Shown here piece after piece: positions 1 to 9,715 of a stretch of 64,000 nucleotides of DNA. The position numbers and the translations under genes were made by a program. Positions within the stretch are counted from its first letter, which is position 1; each line of letters opens with the position of its first letter. Where the stretch lies: contig JBFWWG010000004.1 in NCBI GenBank assembly GCA_050246315.1, positions 160,001 to 224,000 of the forward strand, written 5' to 3'. The stretch is from Nitrospiraceae bacterium. Lineage in GTDB: Bacteria; Nitrospirota; Nitrospiria; Nitrospirales; Nitrospiraceae. A model generated the notes under the pieces. The model worked only from the letters and a program-made list of their open reading frames with translations. It ran no database searches and had not been told where the DNA came from.

Positions 1-850
1 TCCGCACATGCTGGCCCAGCACTACGGTGCCGGTCCGCTCGTTCACCACCACCTTGGCCGGCGTATCGACGACCACATTCTGTCCTTCTAAGGCGGCGAT
101 GTAATGGGCGACCCGCCCCCGATAATCGGCCGGTACCGTCGCGCGCACCAACCCCGCATTGACCGGGGTAGCGGTGCCTGATCCGAAGACGCCATCGATG
201 GCCTCGGCCACCCGGATCGCAGTCGTGAAGTCGGCATGCCGGAGGAGCACGGAGACCGAGTCCCATGCATCCAGGTCGACGACGACTTCCTTTTCAATGA
301 GCGCGCCGCTCGGCACCACTCCCGCAGCCTGATGGTTCTTGACGACTGTGCTTCCTCCTGGGCCGCCGACCCCTCCAAGAAACCCGCCGATCGAAATCGG
401 ACCCTGCGCCACGGCATAGACCTGCTGGTTGGGCGCTTTCAAGGGCGTGAGTAGCAGCGTGCCTCCCTGCAGGCTCTTGGCATTCGCCATCGACGACACG
501 ATCGCATCGATAGCCATGCCGGGTTTGCCAAACGGCGGCAGTTTTGCTGTCACCATCACCGATGCAATGTTGCGAGTGAGCAATTGAATCGGATCGATCA
601 CCAGATTGATCCCCATTTTATTCAACATCGACATCATCGCCTGGACCGTGAACTGCCCACCGATGACCTGGTCGCCAGTCCGGTCCAATCCGACAACCAG
701 ACCGTAGCCGATAAGCTGGTTCTCGCGAACACCTTCAATGGACCCGACGTCTTTGATCCGCACCGCCAAAGCCGGGTCGGCCAGCAAGGTCACGAGCAAC
801 CACAGGATCAGCACGCCGCACCGTCTGCTGCGACGAAACATTGCGCTCAT
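1..850 (-). CDS. flgI: Flagellar P-ring protein FlgI (5' part; runs off the window start)
   Basis: Translated by hand from ATG at 850 (AGGAG RBS): MSAMFRRSRR...AVRIKDVGSIEGVRENQLIGYGLVVGLDRTGD...NIASVMVTAKLPPF...AKSLQGGTLLLTPL. Absent from the ORF track because no stop falls inside the window. Confidence 0.95.
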   Translation of the reverse strand, partial: MSAMFRRSRRCGVLILWLLVTLLADPALAVRIKDVGSIEGVRENQLIGYGLVVGLDRTGDQVIGGQFTVQAMMSMLNKMGINLVIDPIQLLTRNIASVMVTAKLPPFGKPGMAIDAIVSSMANAKSLQGGTLLLTPLKAPNQQVYAVAQGPISIGGFLGGVGGPGGSTVVKNHQAAGVVPSGALIEKEVVVDLDAWDSVSVLLRHADFTTAIRVAEAIDGVFGSGTATPVNAGLVRATVPADYRGRVAHYIAALEGQNVVVDTPAKVVVNERTGTVVLGQHVR

Positions 851-890
851 GGCGACTCCTTGCGGGTGTTCATGTCAAACTTTCGATCGC

Positions 891-1097
891 TCATGCGACC
901 GGCTGGCGGTGGAAGATCCGCCCCCACCAACTTGCAGGGGCGGCCTCATGGTGCACGGCCGGCTCGGTCTCTCTGTCGGCTTCACCACTCTCCCGAACCG
1001 CCAGCATCAAGGGTCTCACCGAATCGGCGGGGCGGACCACCCCGCTCGCCACAAGCAACCACATCGGAACCCGTTGCCATTCCCGCTGTCGCTCCAT
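891..1097 (-). CDS. Small hypothetical protein (~68 aa) between flgH and flgI
   Basis: Strong GGAGGGAGGA RBS before ATG 1103/1097; co-oriented ORF fills the flgH-flgI gap (MERQREWQRVPMWLLVASGVVRP...WWGRIFHRQPVA). Confidence 0.5.
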   Translation of the reverse strand: MERQREWQRVPMWLLVASGVVRPADSVRPLMLAVRESGEADRETEPAVHHEAAPASWWGRIFHRQPVA

Positions 1098-1157
1098 CGC
1101 CATTCCTCCCTCCGCTCTTCCCGCTGGTGGCCGGCACCCCATTCCACTGACACTCGA

Positions 1158-1907
1158 CTAGAACGGATAGATCCAGTCCAGAATCCTCGTAAACCAACCT
1201 GGTCGCTGGACATCATCCACCACGCCGAGCCCGGAATATTCGATCTTGGCGTTTGCAATGGCAGAAGACAGTACGGTATTTTTCGTATCTACATCCACCC
1301 GCCGGACATGCCCGCTCAACACCATCCGCTGCCGTTCGCTATTGACCGTGACTTCGCGATGGCCCTCGATCCGCAAGTCCCCGTTAGGCAGGACTTCCAG
1401 CACCATCGCCGACAGCGTGCCGGTTAACGTATCGGCTCGGCTGGTTGCGCCCTTGCCGCCGAACTTGTTCTTGGCGCTGACTTCGATGCCCAAGCTCTGC
1501 CGTGCGTTCTCACTCAGACTCACGCCGGGGACACCGAGATAGCCTCGACCGGTGCCAGCCATGCTGTGATCAATCGTGGATTCCCGTTCGGCTGTGGTGT
1601 CTGCACTCTTCGATCCCTTATGGTTTTCCACGATCTTCACGGTCAGGATGTCCCCCACCCGCATCGCCCGGAGGTCTTCATAGAGATAGGCACGGCCGTT
1701 TTCTTCCTGCCATAAGGACCCGACGGTTTTCGGCGGCGGCAGCGGCTGTACGGTGATGCCGGGTGGCTTGGAAGCATCCGTACTGCAGCCGGACCACAAC
1801 GCGAAGCAGACCAGGGACCAGACCAGTCCATCACACAAGGCCCTTCTGTCGGACAGTTTACGTAGGTGCATCAGATCGAACGACGCCCGGAAGGATTCGG
1901 GAACCAT
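1158..1907 (-). CDS. flgH: Flagellar L-ring lipoprotein FlgH
   Basis: Lipobox LWSGC; GSLW...LYEDLRAMRVGDILTV, VLPNGDLRIEG, PGWFTRILDWIYPF. Confidence 0.95.
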   Translation of the reverse strand: MVPESFRASFDLMHLRKLSDRRALCDGLVWSLVCFALWSGCSTDASKPPGITVQPLPPPKTVGSLWQEENGRAYLYEDLRAMRVGDILTVKIVENHKGSKSADTTAERESTIDHSMAGTGRGYLGVPGVSLSENARQSLGIEVSAKNKFGGKGATSRADTLTGTLSAMVLEVLPNGDLRIEGHREVTVNSERQRMVLSGHVRRVDVDTKNTVLSSAIANAKIEYSGLGVVDDVQRPGWFTRILDWIYPF

Positions 1908-1919
1908 CTATCACCCCGG

Positions 1920-2747
1920 TCAGAATTCGACGCGGACCAGTCCCGGCCCGGCCACAAGGCCGCGCACGTCCTTTCCCGAATCCTGGTTGGTCACGGTGAC
2001 ATATTGTCCGAGTTGCGCCGCCGCTTTGGTGATGCCCATTGTTTGAATGGAAAGCCCACCCCGCCGGGCTTCGATCATGACCCGGTCGCCTTTACGCACG
2101 GTAAAAGGTTTCACCAGGGAAGACCCGCGAATGGGCATCTGCGGCTGGAGGACCTTTCCGGGACTCTTCCCGATCGCCTCTTCCGGATTCATCAGAAAAT
2201 GGTGCGGCACACCGTTGACCTTGACCCGCACCACGTCAATATCCTCGGCCTCGATCAACTCATCCGGCTTCAGCATCCGCGTCGGAGCCACCACGTCCGC
2301 GTAGAGCGAGACATCGGCGATCACATCGAGCGACTCGGTCTCGTGTCCGGCCACCAGCGGAACGATCCGAAATCGGCGGCGACCCGCCGTATCCGCTCCT
2401 CCACCGCTCGCGACCGTTATTTTGAGCGGGCCAGCCGGACGCACGACCGGCTCGGAGGGATCCAGAACCTCCGCCTCGACTTCGCCCACGCGGCCGCTGA
2501 ATCGGGCTTCCAGATAGGCGACGATGGCTTTCCGAAGTTGGTCAACCGTAATGTGTTGCACGCTCTGTTTTGCGCTATGCGAGGCCTTGCCGGCATTCGG
2601 TTTGTCCGCATGGTCGGATGTCGCCCTGGTCGCGGAGGTGGGACCGGAGCCGGCAGAGGCGGATACGATTCCGAAGGCGGAACCGGTCAATAGAAGGACT
2701 CCCATCAGCAGCACAATCCGACGAGACTGGTCAGGGTACCGCATCAT
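1920..2747 (-). CDS. flgA: P-ring formation chaperone FlgA
   Basis: Signal peptide, SAF-like region, VRKGDRVMI...G...G..VTVTNQDSGK; lies between flgG and flgH. Confidence 0.9.
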   Translation of the reverse strand: MMRYPDQSRRIVLLMGVLLLTGSAFGIVSASAGSGPTSATRATSDHADKPNAGKASHSAKQSVQHITVDQLRKAIVAYLEARFSGRVGEVEAEVLDPSEPVVRPAGPLKITVASGGGADTAGRRRFRIVPLVAGHETESLDVIADVSLYADVVAPTRMLKPDELIEAEDIDVVRVKVNGVPHHFLMNPEEAIGKSPGKVLQPQMPIRGSSLVKPFTVRKGDRVMIEARRGGLSIQTMGITKAAAQLGQYVTVTNQDSGKDVRGLVAGPGLVRVEF

Positions 2748-2749
2748 GC

Positions 2750-3541
2750 CTACCGTCGGATGTTATTCGCGATCGCCATCATCTCGTCGGAGGCCTGGAT
2801 GGTTTTTGAGTTGATCTCGTAGCTCCGTTGCGCAATGATCATATTGACCATTTCTTCCGCCAGGTTGACGTTGGAACTTTCCACGAATCCCTGCTGAATC
2901 AGCCCGAATCCGGTCGAGAATCCGGGGATGCCTTGAATCGCCGGTCCGGACGCGAAACTATCCAGAAAGAGGTTGTTCCCCATCGCCACCAGCCCGGATG
3001 GGTTATCAAACCGCACGAGCTGGATCTGCCCGACCTGAGACGCCTGCGTCACCCCCGGCAACAGCACCGACACGGTTCCATCCTGGCCAATGTCGACCTT
3101 GAGCGCACCGGAGGGAATCGTAATGACGGGATTCAACAGATCGCCGTCTCCGGTGACCAGGTTGCCGACGTTATCGCGCTTGAACGCCCCGTTGCGGGTA
3201 AACATGATGGTCCCGTCCGGACGAGACACCTGGAAGAACCCCGGACCGTCGATCGCCACATCCATGTCGTTTCCGGTCTGTTTCATGTTGCCCTGTTGCC
3301 ATTCCTTCGCGACGGTCGTCGGCCGCACGCCCGCCCCCACCTGAATACCGGCCGGGAACACGCCGACACTCGACGCGCTGGTGCCAGGCATCCGTTGAAT
3401 CTGATACAGGAGGTCGGCGAATTCCGCCCGACTGCGCTTGAAGGCGTTGGTATTCACGTTCGCCAGATTGTGCGCGATCGTATCGACATTGAGTTGTTGA
3501 GCCGTCATCCCCGTTGCCGCGGTCCACATGGCTCGAATCAT
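2750..3541 (-). CDS. flgG: Distal rod protein FlgG
   Basis: MIRAMWTAATGM..QQ...IAHNLANVNT, FADLLYQ, ESSNVNLAEEMVNMIIAQRSYEINSK. Confidence 0.97.
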   Translation of the reverse strand: MIRAMWTAATGMTAQQLNVDTIAHNLANVNTNAFKRSRAEFADLLYQIQRMPGTSASSVGVFPAGIQVGAGVRPTTVAKEWQQGNMKQTGNDMDVAIDGPGFFQVSRPDGTIMFTRNGAFKRDNVGNLVTGDGDLLNPVITIPSGALKVDIGQDGTVSVLLPGVTQASQVGQIQLVRFDNPSGLVAMGNNLFLDSFASGPAIQGIPGFSTGFGLIQQGFVESSNVNLAEEMVNMIIAQRSYEINSKTIQASDEMMAIANNIRR

Positions 3542-3584
3542 CAGGTCCTCCGACGGTCGTTCCCGTCACGCTCGAACATGAAGG

Positions 3585-4352
3585 TTATCCCACCCGTCCC
3601 ACGTCCTGAACCGCCAGTTCGGCCATCCGGTCGATGGTCTGAATCATCTTTTGCGCGGATTCGTACGACCGCATACCCTGGATCAGCTTCACCATCTCGC
3701 TGAGCGGATTCACATTGGACTCTTCCACAGCGGCGCTCATAATGGTCGGGAGTTTCTGATCCGCCCCTCCCTCTCCCGCGAAAAGACTCTCCGCCACCTT
3801 ATGAGGCATTCGCTGCTCCGGAAACTCAACGACCTTCACGGTTCCGACCGGCTGGCCACCCACGGAGATGGCGCCTCTCCCGTCAATGACCACCTCACCG
3901 GGCGGCAGTTTCAGCTCGCCCTTCGTACCCATCACCGGAAAGCCGGCCTGCGTCACCAATCGCCGTTTCTCATCCAGATGAAATACGCCATTCCTCGTAT
4001 AGCGGAAACCCTCTGGCGTGCGCACTTCGAAGAATCCGGACCCATCGATCGCCAAGTCGAGGGGATTGCCGGTTGTTCGCAGCCGCCCGGAATCAAATTG
4101 GGTATGGTTCCCGTGTGGCCCGACGAAGACCCGCTCGGCCGCACCACCAACCGGTTGCGTCATTCCGGAAACCAGCCGGATCTGAGACTCGGGCGAAGGG
4201 ACAAGGCGGCGATGCGGGAGCAGGGCCTGAAACAGCGGTTCCTCCTGCTTGAACCCCTTGGTGTTCACGTTGGCGATATTGTGTGCGAAAACCTGGGTCC
4301 GCTGTTCCTGTGCCAGCGCTCCGGACAGGATAGGGTAGATGCCTCGATTCAT
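3585..4352 (-). CDS. flgF: Proximal rod protein FlgF
   Basis: NIANVNT, TGNPLDLAIDGSGFF, YTRNG, EESNVN; directly upstream of flgG. Confidence 0.92.
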   Translation of the reverse strand: MNRGIYPILSGALAQEQRTQVFAHNIANVNTKGFKQEEPLFQALLPHRRLVPSPESQIRLVSGMTQPVGGAAERVFVGPHGNHTQFDSGRLRTTGNPLDLAIDGSGFFEVRTPEGFRYTRNGVFHLDEKRRLVTQAGFPVMGTKGELKLPPGEVVIDGRGAISVGGQPVGTVKVVEFPEQRMPHKVAESLFAGEGGADQKLPTIMSAAVEESNVNPLSEMVKLIQGMRSYESAQKMIQTIDRMAELAVQDVGRVG

Positions 4353-4392
4353 CGTCGATTCTCCATCGTCTCCTCAACGGCTACCATTCCGT

Positions 4393-4408
4393 AGCAACCC
4401 ATGTGCCA
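4393..4408 (-). promoter_or_regulatory. sigma54 -24/-12 promoter of the flgFGAHI operon
   Basis: Minus strand TGGCAC-ATGGG-TTGCT, a perfect consensus ~40 bp upstream of the flgF ATG. Confidence 0.85.
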
Positions 4409-4476
4409 TCGTCGAGTCGTTCAAACCGCCTCATTCTGCGCGGCGGATCGGAGGTTTCGTGCATACCGTCTGATGC

Positions 4477-4525
4477 CGGCAAGCGTTGACCTGGTTCCTT
4501 CCTCCCCAGTGGGAAAAGTTTTCCC
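4477..4525. promoter_or_regulatory. Putative enhancer boxes for the FlrC-like activator
   Basis: CGGCAAGCGTTGACC (4477-4491) and GGGAAAAGTTTTCCC (4511-4525); similar 15-mers occur upstream of flgB and fliK. Confidence 0.5.
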
Positions 4526-4558
4526 TCCTGCCCATCCAGCTTGCTCCTGCATCCTCGT

Positions 4559-5332
4559 TCAGCTTTGCAGCATCTGGAGCTTGGCTTTCAATCGAACGAT
4601 CGTTTTCGCATGGATCTGACAGATGCGCGATTCGGTGATCGAGAGGATCCCGCCGATCTCCTTCATGGTCAACTCTTCGCAATAGTAGAGCGTCAGCACC
4701 AACCGCTCCTTCTCGGGCAACTCCTCAATCGCCCGCTCGAGCGCGCGCCGGACATCCTCGGTCACGACATGGGACAGCGGATCGGGGTGCTGCGTATCCA
4801 CCAGCATGCGGAGTATCTTGTCTCCGTCTGAATCCTGCACCGCCAGATCCTCCAGGCTCATGACGATCGCGCCCTGCGCCTGGGTGAGAAAGTCGGACAG
4901 CTCGCCGACGGACATCTGCAACGCCAAGGCCAGCTCGTCTTCCGTAGGCGCTCGACCGTGCCGACGCATCAATTCCAACTCGGTCTTGTGCAACAGCGTG
5001 ATGCGCTCGTGGACGGACCGCGGTATCCAGTCCATGGACCGAATCTCGTCGAGCATGGCGCCTCGAATGCGAAACTCCGCGTAGGTCTTGAAGTTCGCCT
5101 CTCTCGTGGGATCGTATTTGGTCATCGCATCCATCAGGCCGATCACGCCGACTGAAATCAGGTCTTCGACATCCATATAGGCCGGTAGTCGAAAGGCCAA
5201 CCGATGCGCCATGATCCTGATCAAGGGGGCGAATTCCTGAATGATGCGCTCCCGGTCCGTCCCTATCGAGACTCCCATCGTCTTGGGGACGGCCCTCGTC
5301 CGTCCAAGGGCCGCTTGGTGGTCTTGTTTCAT
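4559..5332 (-). CDS. fliA: Flagellar sigma factor FliA (sigma28)
   Basis: DLISVGVIGL, FKTYAEFRIRGAMLDEIRSMDW, LTMKEIG..L.ITESRICQIH; start placed at ATG 5332 (GAGGGA RBS). Confidence 0.95.
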   Translation of the reverse strand: MKQDHQAALGRTRAVPKTMGVSIGTDRERIIQEFAPLIRIMAHRLAFRLPAYMDVEDLISVGVIGLMDAMTKYDPTREANFKTYAEFRIRGAMLDEIRSMDWIPRSVHERITLLHKTELELMRRHGRAPTEDELALALQMSVGELSDFLTQAQGAIVMSLEDLAVQDSDGDKILRMLVDTQHPDPLSHVVTEDVRRALERAIEELPEKERLVLTLYYCEELTMKEIGGILSITESRICQIHAKTIVRLKAKLQMLQS

Positions 5333-5349
5333 GATCCCTCGTCCAACAT

Positions 5350-6210
5350 TCACGCTTGCATGAGGAGCCGGTGCCAGAAAAACTGGACTCCTCCTTTGAG
5401 ATGACGGGCCGGCTCCCATTCCAACACGACTTCGGCCAGACGCCGAAACGCGGCGCTGGACGGCGCATGGGGAAAGGCGGCCAGCACGGCCTGTTGGCGC
5501 TGCACGGCCATGGGGAGGTAGTCGTCGGCGGGAATCATCCCCGCGTAATCGATCGAGATATTCAGAAAACGGCCGGAGACGAGCAACAGCCGTCGATACA
5601 CCTCCAGAGCCTCACGCCGACTCTTGGCCATGTTCACCAACAACCGGAACCGGGTTTCGCGATACCGTTGGGCAAGCACCTTCATCACCGCATAGGCATC
5701 CGCCATCGAGGTTGGTTCGGGAGAGGCGACGACCAGGATCTCTTGCGAGGCAGCTGCAAAGAACAATACGTTGGACGAGATGCCGGCTCCGGTGTCGAGC
5801 AACAGCACGTCGATCGAGGGCGCCAGTTGCTCCAACTCTTCTTGAATCACCACCTGCTGTTCGGAGGATAGGGCGGTCAAGTCCCATTCGGCAGAGCCGG
5901 CTGGCAGAATCATAATCCCCTCAGGGCCGCGCACCATGATCTCGGACAGCCGACGCTCTCCGGCCAAGACATGCGAAAGCGTGTAGCGCGGGACGATCCC
6001 GAGCAGCACATCCACGTTACCCAACCCAATGTCGGCATCGAGCACCAGCACGCGCTGCCCCGCCTGCGCAAGCGCAATACCCAGATTGAGCACCACGTTC
6101 GTCTTGCCGACTCCCCCTTTTCCGCTCGTCACGGCAATCACGCGGAATGCCGGCGGCGACGGCGGCCCAATCGGCTCCCGAGGGTTTGCGACCGTTACGG
6201 TGTCGTCCAT
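5350..6210 (-). CDS. flhG: MinD-like flagellar number regulator FlhG/FleN
   Basis: VTSGKGGVGKT, DADIGLGNVD, DTGAG, PEPTSMADAYA; AAGGAGG RBS before ATG 6210. Confidence 0.93.
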   Translation of the reverse strand: MDDTVTVANPREPIGPPSPPAFRVIAVTSGKGGVGKTNVVLNLGIALAQAGQRVLVLDADIGLGNVDVLLGIVPRYTLSHVLAGERRLSEIMVRGPEGIMILPAGSAEWDLTALSSEQQVVIQEELEQLAPSIDVLLLDTGAGISSNVLFFAAASQEILVVASPEPTSMADAYAVMKVLAQRYRETRFRLLVNMAKSRREALEVYRRLLLVSGRFLNISIDYAGMIPADDYLPMAVQRQQAVLAAFPHAPSSAAFRRLAEVVLEWEPARHLKGGVQFFWHRLLMQA

Positions 6211-7583
6211 CGACGTCCTCCTTCGGCACAAGAGACTTCCAGTGGTGACATATTGGGCTTGAAGTCCGAACCTGGCGGCCGGCGTTCTTGACCGCTCGTC
6301 CCTCCATCGGACAAGAACGAATCGCGTCGGTCACACCGACCGAATTCAGAGTGAGTCCCACAGAGCAGATCAGCCAGGCGTTCGGGTGTGGCCGACTGGA
6401 GGTCGTCCAATGCCCACTGGCCAGCCGTGAGGTAGGACACGGGCAACCGGCTCCGGCACAGAATTTCGAACAGCCGACCGAAACGCGTGGTTTCATCAAG
6501 TTTGGTGAACAACAGGCGGTGGACCGGAAGCCCTGTGTAGCGGCTGGCCACATCAAGAAAATCCTGGATGTCCGTATTGGCCGGCAAGGCCAGATGCACT
6601 TCAAGGGGAAGGACGTCCGAGAGCAATCCTCGCAGCCACTCCATGGCTTCCCAATTCAGCAGGCTGTGGCCGGGCGTGTCGATGAGCAGCAGTTCGGCAC
6701 CACCGTTGGTTGAAACCAGGTCGCTGAATTCCTGCTTCCCGCTCACCGTCTCGATCTTGAGGCCAAGGAAGCCTCCGAGGACTCTTAGCGGATCGACGCC
6801 GCCGGTCGGTTCCCGTTCGACCTTCGCAACCGCGACACTTCGTCCTTCTTTCAGCCGGTATTGGCCGGCAAGCTTGGTTATCGCGCTGGTTTTTCCCACT
6901 CCTGTTGGCCCGATCACGGCGATTGCCTTCAACCGTTTCTGTCCCGTAAACGGGGGCCCGCTCACGCGAACCTGATCCATCACCACGTCGCGCAGGGTCC
7001 GTCGCACGTGGACCTCGGCCGGCGAACCATGCGTGGCCGCGCGGGCGAACGCCTCGGCCACCAATCTTGTCGCCGTCCAGAGATCACAACCCCGAGTCAC
7101 CAGTTCCTGGCTTAACTGGAGAGTCAGTCGATCGACCTGCCCCGGTTCCCGATCACCATCGAGGGAAGGTCCAGCCTGCCGACCCGCCGAGTTCGGCGGG
7201 TCGCTCTCACCCGACTCACGATATCCCTCCGAACCGGCACGAGCCACCTCACTGGACTCTTGGGAATGTAGCCCCGCCCCATCTCGTCCCAACGAGGCCT
7301 CGAGCCATGACCGGAATGTCATGAAGTCGGCGGCCGCTCCGGTCGCATCGTCCTCGCCGGCGACTCCTGCACCGGCCTTGTTGATCTCAGCCGATACATC
7401 GCTCCGCGCGGTGCCGTCGACCGCCGCGACGACTTGCACTTGCTGCTTCCCGATCGGATGCCGCCAGTCCCATCCCGTCCGCGTGTACGTGGTGCTGAGA
7501 ATCACCGCATCCGGACCCAGTTCCGCTTTGATTGCCCGAAACGCCTCCGGGATACTGTCCGCGACGAAGGTCTTGAAATTCAT
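6195..7583 (-). CDS. flhF: SRP-family GTPase FlhF (DxxR motif degenerate)
   Basis: N-terminal IKAELGPDAVILST, GPTGVGKT, DTPG, TKLDET, GQ; lies between flhA and flhG. Confidence 0.9.
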   Translation of the reverse strand: MNFKTFVADSIPEAFRAIKAELGPDAVILSTTYTRTGWDWRHPIGKQQVQVVAAVDGTARSDVSAEINKAGAGVAGEDDATGAAADFMTFRSWLEASLGRDGAGLHSQESSEVARAGSEGYRESGESDPPNSAGRQAGPSLDGDREPGQVDRLTLQLSQELVTRGCDLWTATRLVAEAFARAATHGSPAEVHVRRTLRDVVMDQVRVSGPPFTGQKRLKAIAVIGPTGVGKTSAITKLAGQYRLKEGRSVAVAKVEREPTGGVDPLRVLGGFLGLKIETVSGKQEFSDLVSTNGGAELLLIDTPGHSLLNWEAMEWLRGLLSDVLPLEVHLALPANTDIQDFLDVASRYTGLPVHRLLFTKLDETTRFGRLFEILCRSRLPVSYLTAGQWALDDLQSATPERLADLLCGTHSEFGRCDRRDSFLSDGGTSGQERRPPGSDFKPNMSPLEVSCAEGGRRWTTP

Positions 7584-7596
7584 TCAGACTCGCCTC

Positions 7597-9681
7597 CTAG
7601 CCCGCATCTTCCGTCAAGCGCACGGTTTCGAACGCAATCACCTTGGTCATCCCGTCGATCTCTCCGATGGAAAGCACCGGCACGGAATGCAGGACCCGCT
7701 GCGTCAGCCGCCGCAGGTGTCGGCGCAGGCCTGGCGAACAGAGAACGATTGGCTGCTGACCTTTGGCGGCTACCCGTTCGGCCGCCTGCTTGAGCGCCGC
7801 CAGGAGGCGCTGGGTCAATCCCGGCTCAAGCCCCCAGGGGGCGCCCTGAGCGGCGGTCATGTGGTCGACGAGCGCCCGATCGAGCCGCGGATCAAGATTG
7901 ATGACCTGCAGCGACCCGTCTGGACCTGTGAATTGGTGCGTGATCATTCGCCCCAACGCCTGACGGACGCTTTCAGTCAGGGCGTCCGGATCTTTGGTCA
8001 TCGCCGCATGGTCGGCCACGACCTCAAGAATCGTCCGCAGGTCGCGGATCGGTACCTGCTCTTGAAGCAGATTCGCCAGAATCCGCACCAGCACTCCGAG
8101 CGGGACTTGAGCCGGCACCACCTCCTCGACGAGCTTCGGAGCTCCCTTGGCCAGTTCGTCCAGCAGCCCTTGCACCTCTTGCCGTCCCAACAGTTCATGG
8201 GCATGCCGCTTGATAATTTCGGAGAGATGTGTGGCAATGGCCGATCCGGCGTCCACCACCGTATAACCCGCAACCTGAGCCTGATCGCGCGAGGCTTCCG
8301 GCACCCACAAGGCCGGCAAGCCGAACGCCGGCTCCTTCGTAGGAATGCCCTGCACGATATGCTTCTGCGCGGTCCCGGGATCGATCGCGAGCAGATGGCC
8401 GGGTATGGCTTCGCTGCGGACCAGTTCGACCCCTTTCAGCAGCACCGCATATTCGTTGGGGCGAAGTTGCAGGTTGTCTCGAATGTGGATGGAGGGAACC
8501 AGAAAGCCGAGATCGGTGGCGATCTGACGGCGCAGGCCCTTAATGCGGTCGAGCAATGCGGCGCCGTCATGCCCGTCCACCAGGCCGATGAGCCCATAGC
8601 CGACCTGGAGTTCCATCAAGTCGAGCGGGGCGATGCGGGGCGAAAGGTCCTCCTGTTTGGCCGGCGCCGCCGGCTCGGCCTGGGTCGCCCGCTCCTCCCG
8701 CTCCTTCTTCACCATCTCATAGGCCACCCACCCGGCCACTGCCCCGAGCGTCAGAAACGCCACATGCGGGAGCCCAGGGACCAGACCTAATGCCATCAAA
8801 ATCCCGGAGGCGGCCGCAAGCGCCTTCGGTGAAACGAGCATCTGCTTGGTGATTTCCTCGCCCAAATTGGTATCCGTCGCAGCCCTGGTCACGACGATAC
8901 CGGCAGCGGTGGAGACAATCAGCGCCGGCACCTGCGCGACCAGGCCTTCCCCGATCGTAAGCAGCGTGTAATCCTGCGCGGCCGCGGCCAACGCCATCCC
9001 TTGCTGCAACACGCCGATCGTCAGCCCGCCCACAATGTTCACCAAGATGATGACCACCGCCGCAATCGCGTCGCCACGCACGAACTTGCTGGCGCCATCC
9101 ATGGCACCGTAGAAGTCCGCTTCCTCCGATACCTGGCGACGGCGGCGGCGGGCTTCCGTGTCGTTGATCAAGCCGGCGTTCAGGTCAGCGTCGATGCTCA
9201 TCTGTTTGCCCGGCATCGCGTCCAACGTGAACCGGGCGGCCACCTCGGCCACACGGCCCGCGCCTTTGGTCACGACGACAAAATTAATGACGACGAGAAT
9301 GGCAAAGACAACGAGACCGACCGTGTAGTTGCCGCCGACCACGAAATTGCCGAACGAACGAATGACTTCGCCGGCCGCCCCCGGACCCTCGTTGCCATGC
9401 AGAAGGATCAAGCGCGTCGAGGCGATATTGAGCGACAGACGAAACAAGGTCACCATGAGCAGGATTGATGGGAACACGGAAAATTCCAGCGGCCGCCGCA
9501 CCTGCATGCTGACCAACAGAACGGTGATCGACAGCGCGATGTTGAAGGCGAGCAGGAGATCCAGGATGACCCGCGGGAGCGGGAGCAACATGATCATCAG
9601 CACGCCCACGACACAGAGCGACATCAGCACGTCGGAGTGCCGCAGGAGTTGAAGGAGAGATTGATTCGGCGATTCTGCCAT
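7597..9681 (-). CDS. flhA: Flagellar export gate protein FlhA
   Basis: RVAEVAARFTLDAMPGKQMSIDADL, FYGAMDGASKFVRGDA. Confidence 0.98.
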   Translation of the reverse strand: MAESPNQSLLQLLRHSDVLMSLCVVGVLMIMLLPLPRVILDLLLAFNIALSITVLLVSMQVRRPLEFSVFPSILLMVTLFRLSLNIASTRLILLHGNEGPGAAGEVIRSFGNFVVGGNYTVGLVVFAILVVINFVVVTKGAGRVAEVAARFTLDAMPGKQMSIDADLNAGLINDTEARRRRRQVSEEADFYGAMDGASKFVRGDAIAAVVIILVNIVGGLTIGVLQQGMALAAAAQDYTLLTIGEGLVAQVPALIVSTAAGIVVTRAATDTNLGEEITKQMLVSPKALAAASGILMALGLVPGLPHVAFLTLGAVAGWVAYEMVKKEREERATQAEPAAPAKQEDLSPRIAPLDLMELQVGYGLIGLVDGHDGAALLDRIKGLRRQIATDLGFLVPSIHIRDNLQLRPNEYAVLLKGVELVRSEAIPGHLLAIDPGTAQKHIVQGIPTKEPAFGLPALWVPEASRDQAQVAGYTVVDAGSAIATHLSEIIKRHAHELLGRQEVQGLLDELAKGAPKLVEEVVPAQVPLGVLVRILANLLQEQVPIRDLRTILEVVADHAAMTKDPDALTESVRQALGRMITHQFTGPDGSLQVINLDPRLDRALVDHMTAAQGAPWGLEPGLTQRLLAALKQAAERVAAKGQQPIVLCSPGLRRHLRRLTQRVLHSVPVLSIGEIDGMTKVIAFETVRLTEDAG

Positions 9682-9715
9682 CACACGATCCACTTCACGT
9701 GAGACTCAGCGCCCT

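Noticed and set aside
7033..8790. Long plus-strand ORFs (585 aa here; also 25469-26908, 41723-43006, 46829-48214)
   Set aside because: Antisense shadows of well-supported minus-strand genes in GC-rich DNA, with no recognisable motifs.
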